Shown here: positions 1 through 6,921 of the stretch, in pieces | Layout of the letters: every line of letters starts with the position of its first letter | Position numbering within the stretch: the first letter of the stretch is position 1 | DNA from: a virus | Taxonomy: Duplodnaviria > Heunggongvirae > Uroviricota > Caudoviricetes | Strand: one strand, 5' to 3' | Virus record (IMG/VR): IMGVR_UViG_3300032287_000839 | Coordinates: 45,794 to 109,793 of that record | Length of the DNA: 64,000 bases | Program-made: the position numbers and the translations under genes | Notes under the pieces: generated by a model | What the model was told of the DNA's origin: nothing | Database searches by the model: none | Seen by the model: only the letters and a program-made list of their open reading frames with translations

Positions 1-45
1 TGGTAGTAACACTACAACTATAAGAGTTAATATAAACTGTTTCAT
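1..45 (-). CDS. 5' end of a gene running off the left edge; begins MKQFILTLIVVVLLP (signal peptide or TM-like)
   Basis: The reverse complement of 1..45 is ATG AAA CAG TTT ... The ATG overlaps the TAA stop of the upstream gene by 1 nt (TAATG), the same coupling pattern used elsewhere in this operon. Confidence 0.3.
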   Translation of the reverse strand, partial: MKQFILTLIVVVLLP

Positions 46-758
46 TATTTAGTGAAGATTCCTTTCTTCACCATTCTATCCAAAATTCTAGCACAAGCTA
101 TATCCAAAGCCTTCTTTGTAGCAATAGATATGGTTGATTGATTAAATTTCACAGGATCTAGACTTGCATCTGATAATCCTGAGGTTTCTTTTGTTGTCTT
201 AGCTTCACCAAGACCACTAGCAGATATCACAGTGGCTGTTTCAGCATCTGTAAATCTCACCTGAAGACCTATTCTAGTTACCATCAATTGACTAGTTGCA
301 AGCTTAGAGCTCACAGTTTCATCTTCTGATACACTATAGTCATAGCATTCTATACTAACAAAATACTTAGCTAGTCTAATCTTTCCTCTTCCGTCCAGCT
401 TATCTTCAGAGATTCCAGACTGCGAAGCTTGGAATTGCTTGACCATTCTGTTCTTGATTTCTGTCTTATCTTCTGTAAACTTGAACCTATTGAGGTTTTC
501 AAGATATTCCATAGAGATATTGGCAACACCAAGACCCACTCTTTTTTCCTTAAGCTCTGGATACATTTCATACATTTCATCACTGATACCACATTTTAAT
601 ATTTGTATAGGGATTTGAGGTCCTTCATAATCTAAGAATTGACTGATATCAATAGCCTTCTCAAAGCTAGCTGTATATTTCTCAGTCTTTGTAGAAGCTA
701 ATTGGCTGTTTACTACTCCTGAGAATAGTAAACAACCTATAACAATTAAATATTTCAT
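45..758 (-). CDS. secreted protein or lipoprotein with an N-terminal signal peptide, function unknown
   Basis: 237-aa ORF. N-terminus MKYLIVIGCLLFSGVVNSQ is a typical Bacteroidota signal peptide. Its start is coupled to the upstream stop through a TAATG overlap. Confidence 0.6.
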   Translation of the reverse strand: MKYLIVIGCLLFSGVVNSQLASTKTEKYTASFEKAIDISQFLDYEGPQIPIQILKCGISDEMYEMYPELKEKRVGLGVANISMEYLENLNRFKFTEDKTEIKNRMVKQFQASQSGISEDKLDGRGKIRLAKYFVSIECYDYSVSEDETVSSKLATSQLMVTRIGLQVRFTDAETATVISASGLGEAKTTKETSGLSDASLDPVKFNQSTISIATKKALDIACARILDRMVKKGIFTK

Positions 759-1351
759 TAGTGTGTGTCTTTAATCTTACCACAATGGATACACTCATAG
801 TCACCATCATGATCCACATCAGCAAATACATGCTCACATTGTCTGTGTTCTTGATGTTCGAATTCTAACTTCTTAAGTTCGATTTCATGGTGATGTTGTT
901 CAGCTACCTTATCAGCTTCTGCTTTAACAGCATGATCCACCTTTGTTTGTTCAGCTGTTTTAATTGCAGCGTTAACAAATGCATCAGGGATAGTTGGACC
1001 AAACGGTTTATTAGTCTCTTTCATATCATTGGTGTGAGACATAGTTGTACCATCTTCTTCATCCATCTTCTGTACAAGCATCTTGTCTTTGTCTGTATCA
1101 GAGAACCAGTAGTCAATAATTTTACCATAGCTACCAATGAAGGCACCTAATAATAATAGTAATAACTCCTTCCATTCTCCTGCCATAACTAATCCATAGT
1201 TCATTGACATGAAGATTCCTGCTATGATAAAAATGAATCCTCCTAAAACTGCAGCTGTGATGTACCATCTTCTGGTCATCATTGATGCTAAGAGATCTCT
1301 AAAGCCTGCTGGTTTTGGTTCCTCAGTTGGTTTTGATTTAAATAAGTCCAT
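758..1351 (-). CDS. membrane protein with two predicted TM helices and a His/Cys-rich C-terminal metal-binding tail
   Basis: 197-aa ORF. Two hydrophobic segments. C-terminus is EQHHHEIE...HQEHRQCEHVFADVDHDGDYECIHCGKIKDTH. The start may instead be the internal MMTRRW at about 1282. Confidence 0.55.
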   Translation of the reverse strand: MDLFKSKPTEEPKPAGFRDLLASMMTRRWYITAAVLGGFIFIIAGIFMSMNYGLVMAGEWKELLLLLLGAFIGSYGKIIDYWFSDTDKDKMLVQKMDEEDGTTMSHTNDMKETNKPFGPTIPDAFVNAAIKTAEQTKVDHAVKAEADKVAEQHHHEIELKKLEFEHQEHRQCEHVFADVDHDGDYECIHCGKIKDTH

Positions 1352-1453
1352 ACGTTTGCGATTGTTTCTTGATTTGATTTTATTAGCTCAGCTTTCTTTA
1401 CACCAGATCTTCTAGATCTCTGAGCTTTTGGTTTTTTAGCTGCTGTTCCCATA

Positions 1454-1768
1454 TTACCACTGTGCTGGTTTTTCTTTAAACTCATCAGCTTCCTTCTTAG
1501 GTTTTGGGGCTGGTGCAGGTTTAGCTGGTTCTGTAGATTTCTCTTTAATAATAACTGTTTTACCACCACCTGCAGCTTGTTGCTGTTGTTGCTGTTGAGA
1601 GTTATTAATGATGATAGATGGTTGAGCAGCTGCAGGTTTTTCTTCCTCACTGCCACCTGTTAATTTGTTTGTAACAAATCCACCTACACCTAGTGTAACT
1701 GTGCTTACTAATGTAATGATAATTCCTTTGAAGGATTTACCAGTTGATTCTTCTTGCTCTTCTGCCAT
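1454..1768 (-). CDS. small single-pass membrane protein with a poly-Q stretch and a Pro/Lys-rich tail
   Basis: 104-aa ORF with one hydrophobic segment (IIITLVSTVTLGVGGFV), then QQQQQQQ and PAKPAPAPKPKK. Confidence 0.5.
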   Translation of the reverse strand: MAEEQEESTGKSFKGIIITLVSTVTLGVGGFVTNKLTGGSEEEKPAAAQPSIIINNSQQQQQQQAAGGGKTVIIKEKSTEPAKPAPAPKPKKEADEFKEKPAQW

Positions 1769-1773
1769 GATTA

Positions 1774-2145
1774 TTATTTTTTAATGGTTATATTACGTTT
1801 GTATTCTGTACCAAAAATATCAATAAGCACTACAGTGTAGTCACCATTGATATGATCTGAGTAGTCTAACTCCTTGATAACTAATTCTTTATCTGCCAAG
1901 ATTCCTGTAGATTCTACAACATCTCCTTTTAAGTTAATTAGTTGTAAAGAGTATTTAGATCCTACAGTAACTGATAGATTAGCTATCACCTTACCTGAAG
2001 ATACAGGAGGTTCTACACTATTTATTTTTGTTGAGGTTGATTGTTTACCTAGTTCAATAGTTGGTGTAGATACCACCTTTGAACAAGCAATCACTAATAT
2101 TATAATTAGTAAATATATTCCTATTAGGGTCTTTAATTCTTTCAT
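1774..2145 (-). CDS. small secreted protein made of a signal peptide plus a T9SS (Por secretion) C-terminal sorting domain, with almost no cargo
   Basis: 123-aa ORF. Signal peptide MKELKTLIGIYLLIIILVIACS. The C-terminal ~75 aa (NLSVTVGSKYSLQLINLKGDVV...LDYSDHINGDYTVVLIDIFGTEYKRNITIKK) match the T9SS CTD pattern v.vyd..G..v....ld.s....G.Y.v.v......kk.ikk. The stop/start overlaps the next gene (ATGA). Confidence 0.5.
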   Translation of the reverse strand: MKELKTLIGIYLLIIILVIACSKVVSTPTIELGKQSTSTKINSVEPPVSSGKVIANLSVTVGSKYSLQLINLKGDVVESTGILADKELVIKELDYSDHINGDYTVVLIDIFGTEYKRNITIKK

Positions 2146-3839
2146 TAGAAGTTATTATATCCTGTTAATTTAATTGTTGTTGTGTTTAAGTTGATTCCCA
2201 TCTGGTTACCAGACATATCTGATGCATCCATGTTAGCAGTCACCTTAATATATGAATTGATATCCAATCCACTTTGTAATGTAGAAAACACTAACTTGAA
2301 TGGTGTACCACCAAGATAAGGTGTCTTTACATCTTTGTCTACAGCTCCAAACTTCACTCTCCCTGGTGTAGCATTTGCAAACACTAACCATGTAGGTACG
2401 TCCACTGTAACAGATTCAAACTTCACTTTAGTTGCATCATATACAAACTCAAACTGTAGTCCTGATAAGCTGTCTTTTGTACTAACGTTAACTGGAACTG
2501 TAAACTGATCTCCTAGTACAGTGATGTTGTTTAAACTTACATCAACCACTGGATTAGGTTTACTTGTATTTACAGCTGCAGCTTTTACACTGTAAGACTG
2601 AATTGTTCCATCAGGTTTAACCACCTGTGAGCTGTGTGATCTATTAATGTCTCCAGGGATTAAGTATTTAAGTTTTAAATCCTGAGCAATAGTAGATGTC
2701 TTAAACAACACACCATATAAGTTAGCCTTCTTCCAATGCTCTGGAGTAAGTGTATCATATACACTAGCTTCTAACATAGGAATATTATATAGAGTTTGAC
2801 CAGCCATTGGTTTTACCACCGTGTCAATGTTAGTCACCTGAGCAAACAATGCTGTTACATCATTACCATCAAACACTTTGTTTTGTATAATGTCAGAAGC
2901 AATCCAGCTAGCACCAGACTTCATATTTACATTTATGTATGTTCTGTCTAAGTTCTGCTTAATGAATTCATTCTGAGCTGCAGTGTAATCACTTACAGTT
3001 ACAGCTTTATTTAAGTAGCTAGGAATACTATCACTAGGAATTGCAGCGTAAGCATAATACCATGTGTTAGGACTTAGCTCAGGGCCTAAGAAGAATGTAC
3101 CATCATTTGCTGGTACCACTTGAGCTTTTACAACCTTTGTAATTGTATCCACAATTATAATCTTAGGAACAATACTACTAACAGCAACCTGTCCATTAAT
3201 CAATGCATTAGCACTAGGAATAGGTGTAATCCAAGAGCTGTGAGGCTTAGGCATATGTACAGTGCGATATCCTGTATAGCTAGATCCATAAGATTCTGCA
3301 GCATTAAAATATACAGAGTCATATGCAAATCCTGCATCAACATTAACCACCTTAAATCTTAGATAAGCTAATTCACCATCTACAAGATCAGTAGCAGAAG
3401 CTGTGTTAATCCATATGCGATTGATAGCTTTAATACCTCCTTGTGAATAGTTATAATAAGCATTATTAAAGTTGGTTATACCATCTGTAGTTGTATTACT
3501 TGAGTTCTTTACAAATGTATATCCAGGATAATATTGATTCTGGAATGTAGCACTAGCCCCTTGTGGAAGAGCTGAGCCTTGAGATCCTGCTGTAGGGAAT
3601 ACAATATCAATAAGATTGATAGCTGTAATCTGGTGTTCAAAATCTAAATAAAAAGATCTTGCACTGGAATTATTATTCCTATATGCAAGAGCTAATTGTA
3701 CTGTGTCTCCTTTTGTAATCTTTCCACCACGAATGTTTACACTTTGTTCTGTTGGTACAAGTCTTAGTCCTGGTGTTTGAGCATAAGAAAATGTCACAAT
3801 ACTTTGAAAAATTGTGACAAGTAATAATAGTTTTTTCAT
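2145..3839 (-). CDS. large secreted protein with a signal peptide, function unknown
   Basis: 564-aa ORF. N-terminus MKKLLLLVTIFQSIVTFSYAQ. Contiguous with and translationally coupled to its neighbours. Confidence 0.65.
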   Translation of the reverse strand: MKKLLLLVTIFQSIVTFSYAQTPGLRLVPTEQSVNIRGGKITKGDTVQLALAYRNNNSSARSFYLDFEHQITAINLIDIVFPTAGSQGSALPQGASATFQNQYYPGYTFVKNSSNTTTDGITNFNNAYYNYSQGGIKAINRIWINTASATDLVDGELAYLRFKVVNVDAGFAYDSVYFNAAESYGSSYTGYRTVHMPKPHSSWITPIPSANALINGQVAVSSIVPKIIIVDTITKVVKAQVVPANDGTFFLGPELSPNTWYYAYAAIPSDSIPSYLNKAVTVSDYTAAQNEFIKQNLDRTYINVNMKSGASWIASDIIQNKVFDGNDVTALFAQVTNIDTVVKPMAGQTLYNIPMLEASVYDTLTPEHWKKANLYGVLFKTSTIAQDLKLKYLIPGDINRSHSSQVVKPDGTIQSYSVKAAAVNTSKPNPVVDVSLNNITVLGDQFTVPVNVSTKDSLSGLQFEFVYDATKVKFESVTVDVPTWLVFANATPGRVKFGAVDKDVKTPYLGGTPFKLVFSTLQSGLDINSYIKVTANMDASDMSGNQMGINLNTTTIKLTGYNNF

Positions 3840-4301
3840 TTACAATAGTTTGTTAACCAATGAGTTACATGCTTTCTTTAAAGCTGTGGATAGATTCTGT
3901 TGGTTAAACTTGCCCCCTTCATCTATCAATAAAGTGGACATACTTGTTTCATCTGCAGACTCTTCAACAAGAGCCTTTTTAATAACTTTCCCATCTTTTG
4001 TAATTGTTCCGTATAGTCTTATTACAACTGATTCTTTATTAGAATGTATCACTGAGAAACTGGATTCTGTCTTTAGAACATCTAAGTATACAATATCTAC
4101 ATCTAGTCTTCTATCAGAAGCATGATCAATATCAATATTCTTATCTTGAATAATCTCTTCTAGAACATTCTTAACACCAAATTCAATTTTACGATTACCA
4201 GCAACTGCCCCAATCTTCACCTTGTTTGTAACATTACCTATTGATATAGAAGGTGGTACCTGGAACCAAATTGTTAGTATTAAAAATAGAGGTGCTATCA
4301 T
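3840..4301 (-). CDS. hypothetical exported or membrane-anchored protein
   Basis: 153-aa ORF with a hydrophobic N-terminus (MIAPLFLILTIWF). Its ATG overlaps the TGA stop of the upstream mini-ORF (ATGA). Confidence 0.55.
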   Translation of the reverse strand: MIAPLFLILTIWFQVPPSISIGNVTNKVKIGAVAGNRKIEFGVKNVLEEIIQDKNIDIDHASDRRLDVDIVYLDVLKTESSFSVIHSNKESVVIRLYGTITKDGKVIKKALVEESADETSMSTLLIDEGGKFNQQNLSTALKKACNSLVNKLL

Positions 4302-4423
4302 CGTCCTTGTCTATTGTATGATTTAGTTGCTTTATCTTTAGGACCTTTTCTCTTTTGAGCTTTGCCTCCTTTGCGTTTTCCAAAAGAGATCTTTTTACTA
4401 TCTCCACCTTTAGCTTTTGCCAT
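4298..4423 (-). CDS. 41-aa polybasic mini-protein (MAKAKGGDSKKISFGKRKGGKAQKRKGPKDKATKSYNRQGR) directly downstream of the endolysin
   Basis: Translated by hand from the reverse strand. The ATG lies 7 nt after the endolysin stop and the TGA overlaps the ATG of the next gene. It falls below the ORF-track length cutoff. Confidence 0.35.
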   Translation of the reverse strand: MAKAKGGDSKKISFGKRKGGKAQKRKGPKDKATKSYNRQGR

Positions 4424-4429
4424 GTTGGT

Positions 4430-5029
4430 TTATTTTAATAATGAATAGAATTCCTTAAAATGTTTAAGTCTATCTGCTAAGCCAATGGTACCACCATTAA
4501 CTCTCTTTGTAATCTTTGTAACCACATCATCTCCAGAACCTGTATCAGCTATTTCATTAAGTTTGTTCTTTTGCCAGAACCAAGCAGCTGATGCAAGAGC
4601 ATATTGAGATGCTACTAAATCAGGAGTAGCTGGGATATCTACACCAATTGATTTACCAAATGCTGTGTAGTTATCACGTCCAGTTAATTGAATATATCCT
4701 CTACCTCTAAATGCATAACCATCACCAGAAGCTTCAGGGCCATTACCCATTCTACTTGCATAAACTTTGTTAGCAATCTTCTGTGGTTTCTTAGCATAAG
4801 CAGTAGCTAACTCATCAGTAGGGAAGTACTTCTTAAAAATACCTCTCAATCCTTTCACTGAATAATTAAGATTTTCATTAGTAACTCTAAATCCACCACT
4901 CTCATGTCCAGCTTGAGCTAGGAAATGAGCAAGCCTTAGTCCAGTGTTAATACCAAACTTCTCTTGTATATTAGGGATTTGATCTATTACAGTGTCAGGA
5001 ATATGTCCTTTTAAATTACTTAGGTTCAT
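4430..5029 (-). CDS. endolysin, GH19-like (COG3179 'predicted chitinase') peptidoglycan hydrolase
   Basis: Carries the motifs LRLAHFLAQAGHESGGF and YAFRGRGYIQLTGRDNY (GH19 signature). The likely start is the internal MNLSNLKG Met at 5029; the ORF track's longer form (..5089) overlaps the upstream 67-aa ORF. Confidence 0.8.
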   Translation of the reverse strand: MNLSNLKGHIPDTVIDQIPNIQEKFGINTGLRLAHFLAQAGHESGGFRVTNENLNYSVKGLRGIFKKYFPTDELATAYAKKPQKIANKVYASRMGNGPEASGDGYAFRGRGYIQLTGRDNYTAFGKSIGVDIPATPDLVASQYALASAAWFWQKNKLNEIADTGSGDDVVTKITKRVNGGTIGLADRLKHFKEFYSLLK

Positions 5030-5219
5030 TTGTTTTCTTTTTAGCTGGTTTCTTTTTCTTAGGTTTAGCCTTCTTAGGCTTCTCCTCAACCACTATTGCT
5101 GTTCCTTTTGGTTCTACTTTATATAGCGTGTCAGCTATTTCTTTGTCTATTTTTTCAACACTTTTAACGTGCTCATTGCGTTTAGCAAACAATGATTTGA
5201 TGAATTTAATAATACTCAT
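5016..5219 (-). CDS. 67-aa protein with an amphipathic N-terminus and a polylysine C-terminus (KPKKAKPKKKKPAKKK)
   Basis: ORF-track entry. Its last codons overlap the endolysin ATG (AAATGAACCTAAGTAA). Composition suggests a membrane-active cationic peptide. Confidence 0.45.
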   Translation of the reverse strand: MSIIKFIKSLFAKRNEHVKSVEKIDKEIADTLYKVEPKGTAIVVEEKPKKAKPKKKKPAKKKTNEPK

Positions 5220-5220
5220 A

Positions 5221-5832
5221 TTATTTTAGTTTGATTTTCCAATATGATGAGAATCCATAATTGATTCCCCCATTGATACCTGTACCTATTTGTAAACCTA
5301 TCAACTGATCTCTCTTAGTCTTAAGAATTAATCCACCGTGAGCACCTGTAGGAGCAAAGGTTGGATTTAAGTCTAGACCAAATCCATAATAAAGCTGAGC
5401 TTTAGGAGGATCGTAGTGAGTGATAGTCTTAGTGACAGTCACTGTAGGTATTTTATAATTACTTCTTACAGATCTACCCTTGATAGCATTCTGGTTAACT
5501 GTATCTAGAATAGCTACATAACCCAATGTGTCAAGTCTAACAGTGTCTCTAAACTCTACAAGAGCCATATACTTACTTAATAAATCATTGTACTGAGCCA
5601 ATAATCTAGGATAGTTTGTATCAGCTATGTATTGAGGAGGAGTTTTAATAGTGTCATGTAACACCTTACCTTTCAATGTCTTATAGATAGTAGTATCATG
5701 TACAGACCATGTAGTGTCATGTTTAACAACTGTGTCAGACTTTTTAACACCATTACCACGACAGCCTCTACCATTTCCAGTGGCCATAAAAATAACAAGT
5801 ACTATTATAATAGCTGCTAACATTTTATTCAT
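5221..5832 (-). CDS. membrane-anchored (signal-anchor) protein of the lysis cluster; possible spanin component
   Basis: ORF 5221..5874, trimmed here to the MNKM start. The ATGAATAA sequence overlaps the stop of the upstream holin-like gene. Hydrophobic stretch LAAIIIVLVIFMATG. Confidence 0.5.
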   Translation of the reverse strand: MNKMLAAIIIVLVIFMATGNGRGCRGNGVKKSDTVVKHDTTWSVHDTTIYKTLKGKVLHDTIKTPPQYIADTNYPRLLAQYNDLLSKYMALVEFRDTVRLDTLGYVAILDTVNQNAIKGRSVRSNYKIPTVTVTKTITHYDPPKAQLYYGFGLDLNPTFAPTGAHGGLILKTKRDQLIGLQIGTGINGGINYGFSSYWKIKLK

Positions 5833-6067
5833 TTGTTTTCTTTTTTTGTGAGAATTTATCCCATGTATCAGCACCCATTCCTACAATTGTCATAATCATA
5901 ACAGCCTCTACAAGCTTGTCAGAAGGTTTAATATCTCCATGAGAGAAGCTGTTAGCTGTTAGTGTAAAACATAAAAATATAGAACCTAGTAATGATACTA
6001 CAGGTTTAATAGAGATTGAGCCACGCTCATCTTTAAATAGTTCTAATACCCATTCTTTAAAAGTCAT
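5825..6067 (-). CDS. holin-like small membrane protein with two TM helices
   Basis: 80-aa ORF with two hydrophobic helices (VVSLLGSIFLCFTLTA and LVEAVMIMTIVGMG) and a charged C-terminus. Sits next to the endolysin. Confidence 0.5.
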   Translation of the reverse strand: MTFKEWVLELFKDERGSISIKPVVSLLGSIFLCFTLTANSFSHGDIKPSDKLVEAVMIMTIVGMGADTWDKFSQKKKTNE

Positions 6068-6365
6068 GATTGCTTAGTTTATTTTTTGTTAAAATAGCAT
6101 AGTGATTTGCCTTAGGTGCCTCATCTTTAGCTGGGGCTGCAGGTAAATTAGTTGTGCTAGGTTTATATAGTTGTCTTTCAATATTGTCAATTCTAGTTTT
6201 ATCTACATTTGACTGGGCCATTAATAGCTTAATATCAGCTTTAACATCTGCTATATCAGACTTAATGTCATTAATCATAGACCAGATCAGTAAGGATACA
6301 AGACTCATCACTGATGGGAATATCCATGTTCTAAGAGCGTTTACAGGAGCACTTTCATTTGCCAT
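6057..6365 (-). CDS. N-terminal TM plus coiled-coil protein, i-spanin-like (or a second holin)
   Basis: 102-aa ORF. TM segment IFPSVMSLVSLLIWSMI followed by a heptad-like stretch DIKSDIADVKADIKLLMAQSNVDKTRIDNIERQL. Confidence 0.45.
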   Translation of the reverse strand: MANESAPVNALRTWIFPSVMSLVSLLIWSMINDIKSDIADVKADIKLLMAQSNVDKTRIDNIERQLYKPSTTNLPAAPAKDEAPKANHYAILTKNKLSNHDF

Positions 6366-6389
6366 TTCAAATAAGTTATAAAAGTAAAA

Positions 6390-6408
6390 ACACCTAGGGC
6401 ATAGGTGT
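6390..6408 (-). promoter_or_regulatory. hairpin ACACCTA-GGGCA-TAGGTGT followed by a U-tract on the minus strand, about 25 nt upstream of the lysis-operon ATG
   Basis: A 7-bp perfect stem with a 5-nt loop. The minus strand continues UUUUUACUUUUAU. It lies between the promoter at 6446..6477 and the start codon at 6365, so it could be an attenuator or terminator-like element. Confidence 0.3.
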
Positions 6409-6445
6409 ACAATGTGGTCAGGATGACCTATTTAGATTAAATATA

Positions 6446-6477
6446 GAATTCCTCGCAAAACTAAGGTAAAAAAACCA
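6446..6477 (-). promoter_or_regulatory. Bacteroidetes-type sigma-A promoter (TTTG, 20 nt, TAGTTTTG)
   Basis: The minus strand reads ATATTTGGTAGTTTGGTTTTTTTACCTTAGTTTTG. This matches the -33 TTTG and -7 TAnnTTTG consensus with a 20-nt spacer. Confidence 0.45.
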
Positions 6478-6494
6478 AACTACCAAATATTTTT

Positions 6495-6863
6495 TTAGTA
6501 GGGTTGATAGGACTTTTCCTCTATAAACTCAGACCCATACTTTATATTAATTTCTTTTTTAATATGTGCTCTTTTATCATTCAGTAAGTAAACACTTCTG
6601 GCTAGCTGAACAAAGTGATCATCAAATATCTTGTTTCTTTCACATTCTCTTAGTCTATCTTCTACACCCCAAAGCTTTTTATTTACCCAAAGCAACTCAT
6701 CTGTCATAGGATCGTGTAATATCTCAGGTTCAATCACTGTATTTAAATAGTTCTTCTCAGTAAAAACATTCTTAAGCTTATCTTTATCTGTTATATTTAA
6801 AGCTTTGATAGAAAGGATGGTCCATTTGTCCACCACTTCTCCAACACTAACCTCTATCTTCAT
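6495..6863 (-). CDS. hypothetical protein
   Basis: 122-aa ORF, transcribed divergently from the glycosyltransferase gene. No recognisable motif. Confidence 0.5.
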   Translation of the reverse strand: MKIEVSVGEVVDKWTILSIKALNITDKDKLKNVFTEKNYLNTVIEPEILHDPMTDELLWVNKKLWGVEDRLRECERNKIFDDHFVQLARSVYLLNDKRAHIKKEINIKYGSEFIEEKSYQPY

Positions 6864-6872
6864 AAAAATTTA

Positions 6873-6903
6873 TTGTATATTATCCACAAATATACTAACT
6901 TTG
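6873..6903 (+). promoter_or_regulatory. Bacteroidetes-type promoter for the glycosyltransferase gene (TTG, 20 nt, TAACTTTG)
   Basis: The plus strand reads TTATTGTATATTATCCACAAATATACTAACTTTG. The -7 element lies 18 nt upstream of the ATG at 6922. Confidence 0.4.
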
Positions 6904-6921
6904 TTTAAAATAATCAACACA

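Noticed and set aside
1288-1656. 122-aa alternative-frame ORF overlapping the 104-aa and 197-aa genes
   Set aside because: It overlaps two better-packed genes. Only its 3' part (a polybasic peptide starting at about 1450) is conceivable, and it is mentioned under the polybasic-peptide finding at low confidence.
887-2173. Small plus-strand ORFs (887..1150, 1209..1415, 1874..2173) and other 60-100 aa antisense ORFs throughout
   Set aside because: They are embedded antisense within longer minus-strand genes and lack start context. They are typical AT-rich spurious ORFs.
6805-6921. Upstream extension of the glycosyltransferase ORF (start at 6805)
   Set aside because: It would overlap the convergent 122-aa gene and read through the promoter. 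The ATG at 6922, just downstream of a TAACTTTG -7 element, is the better start.
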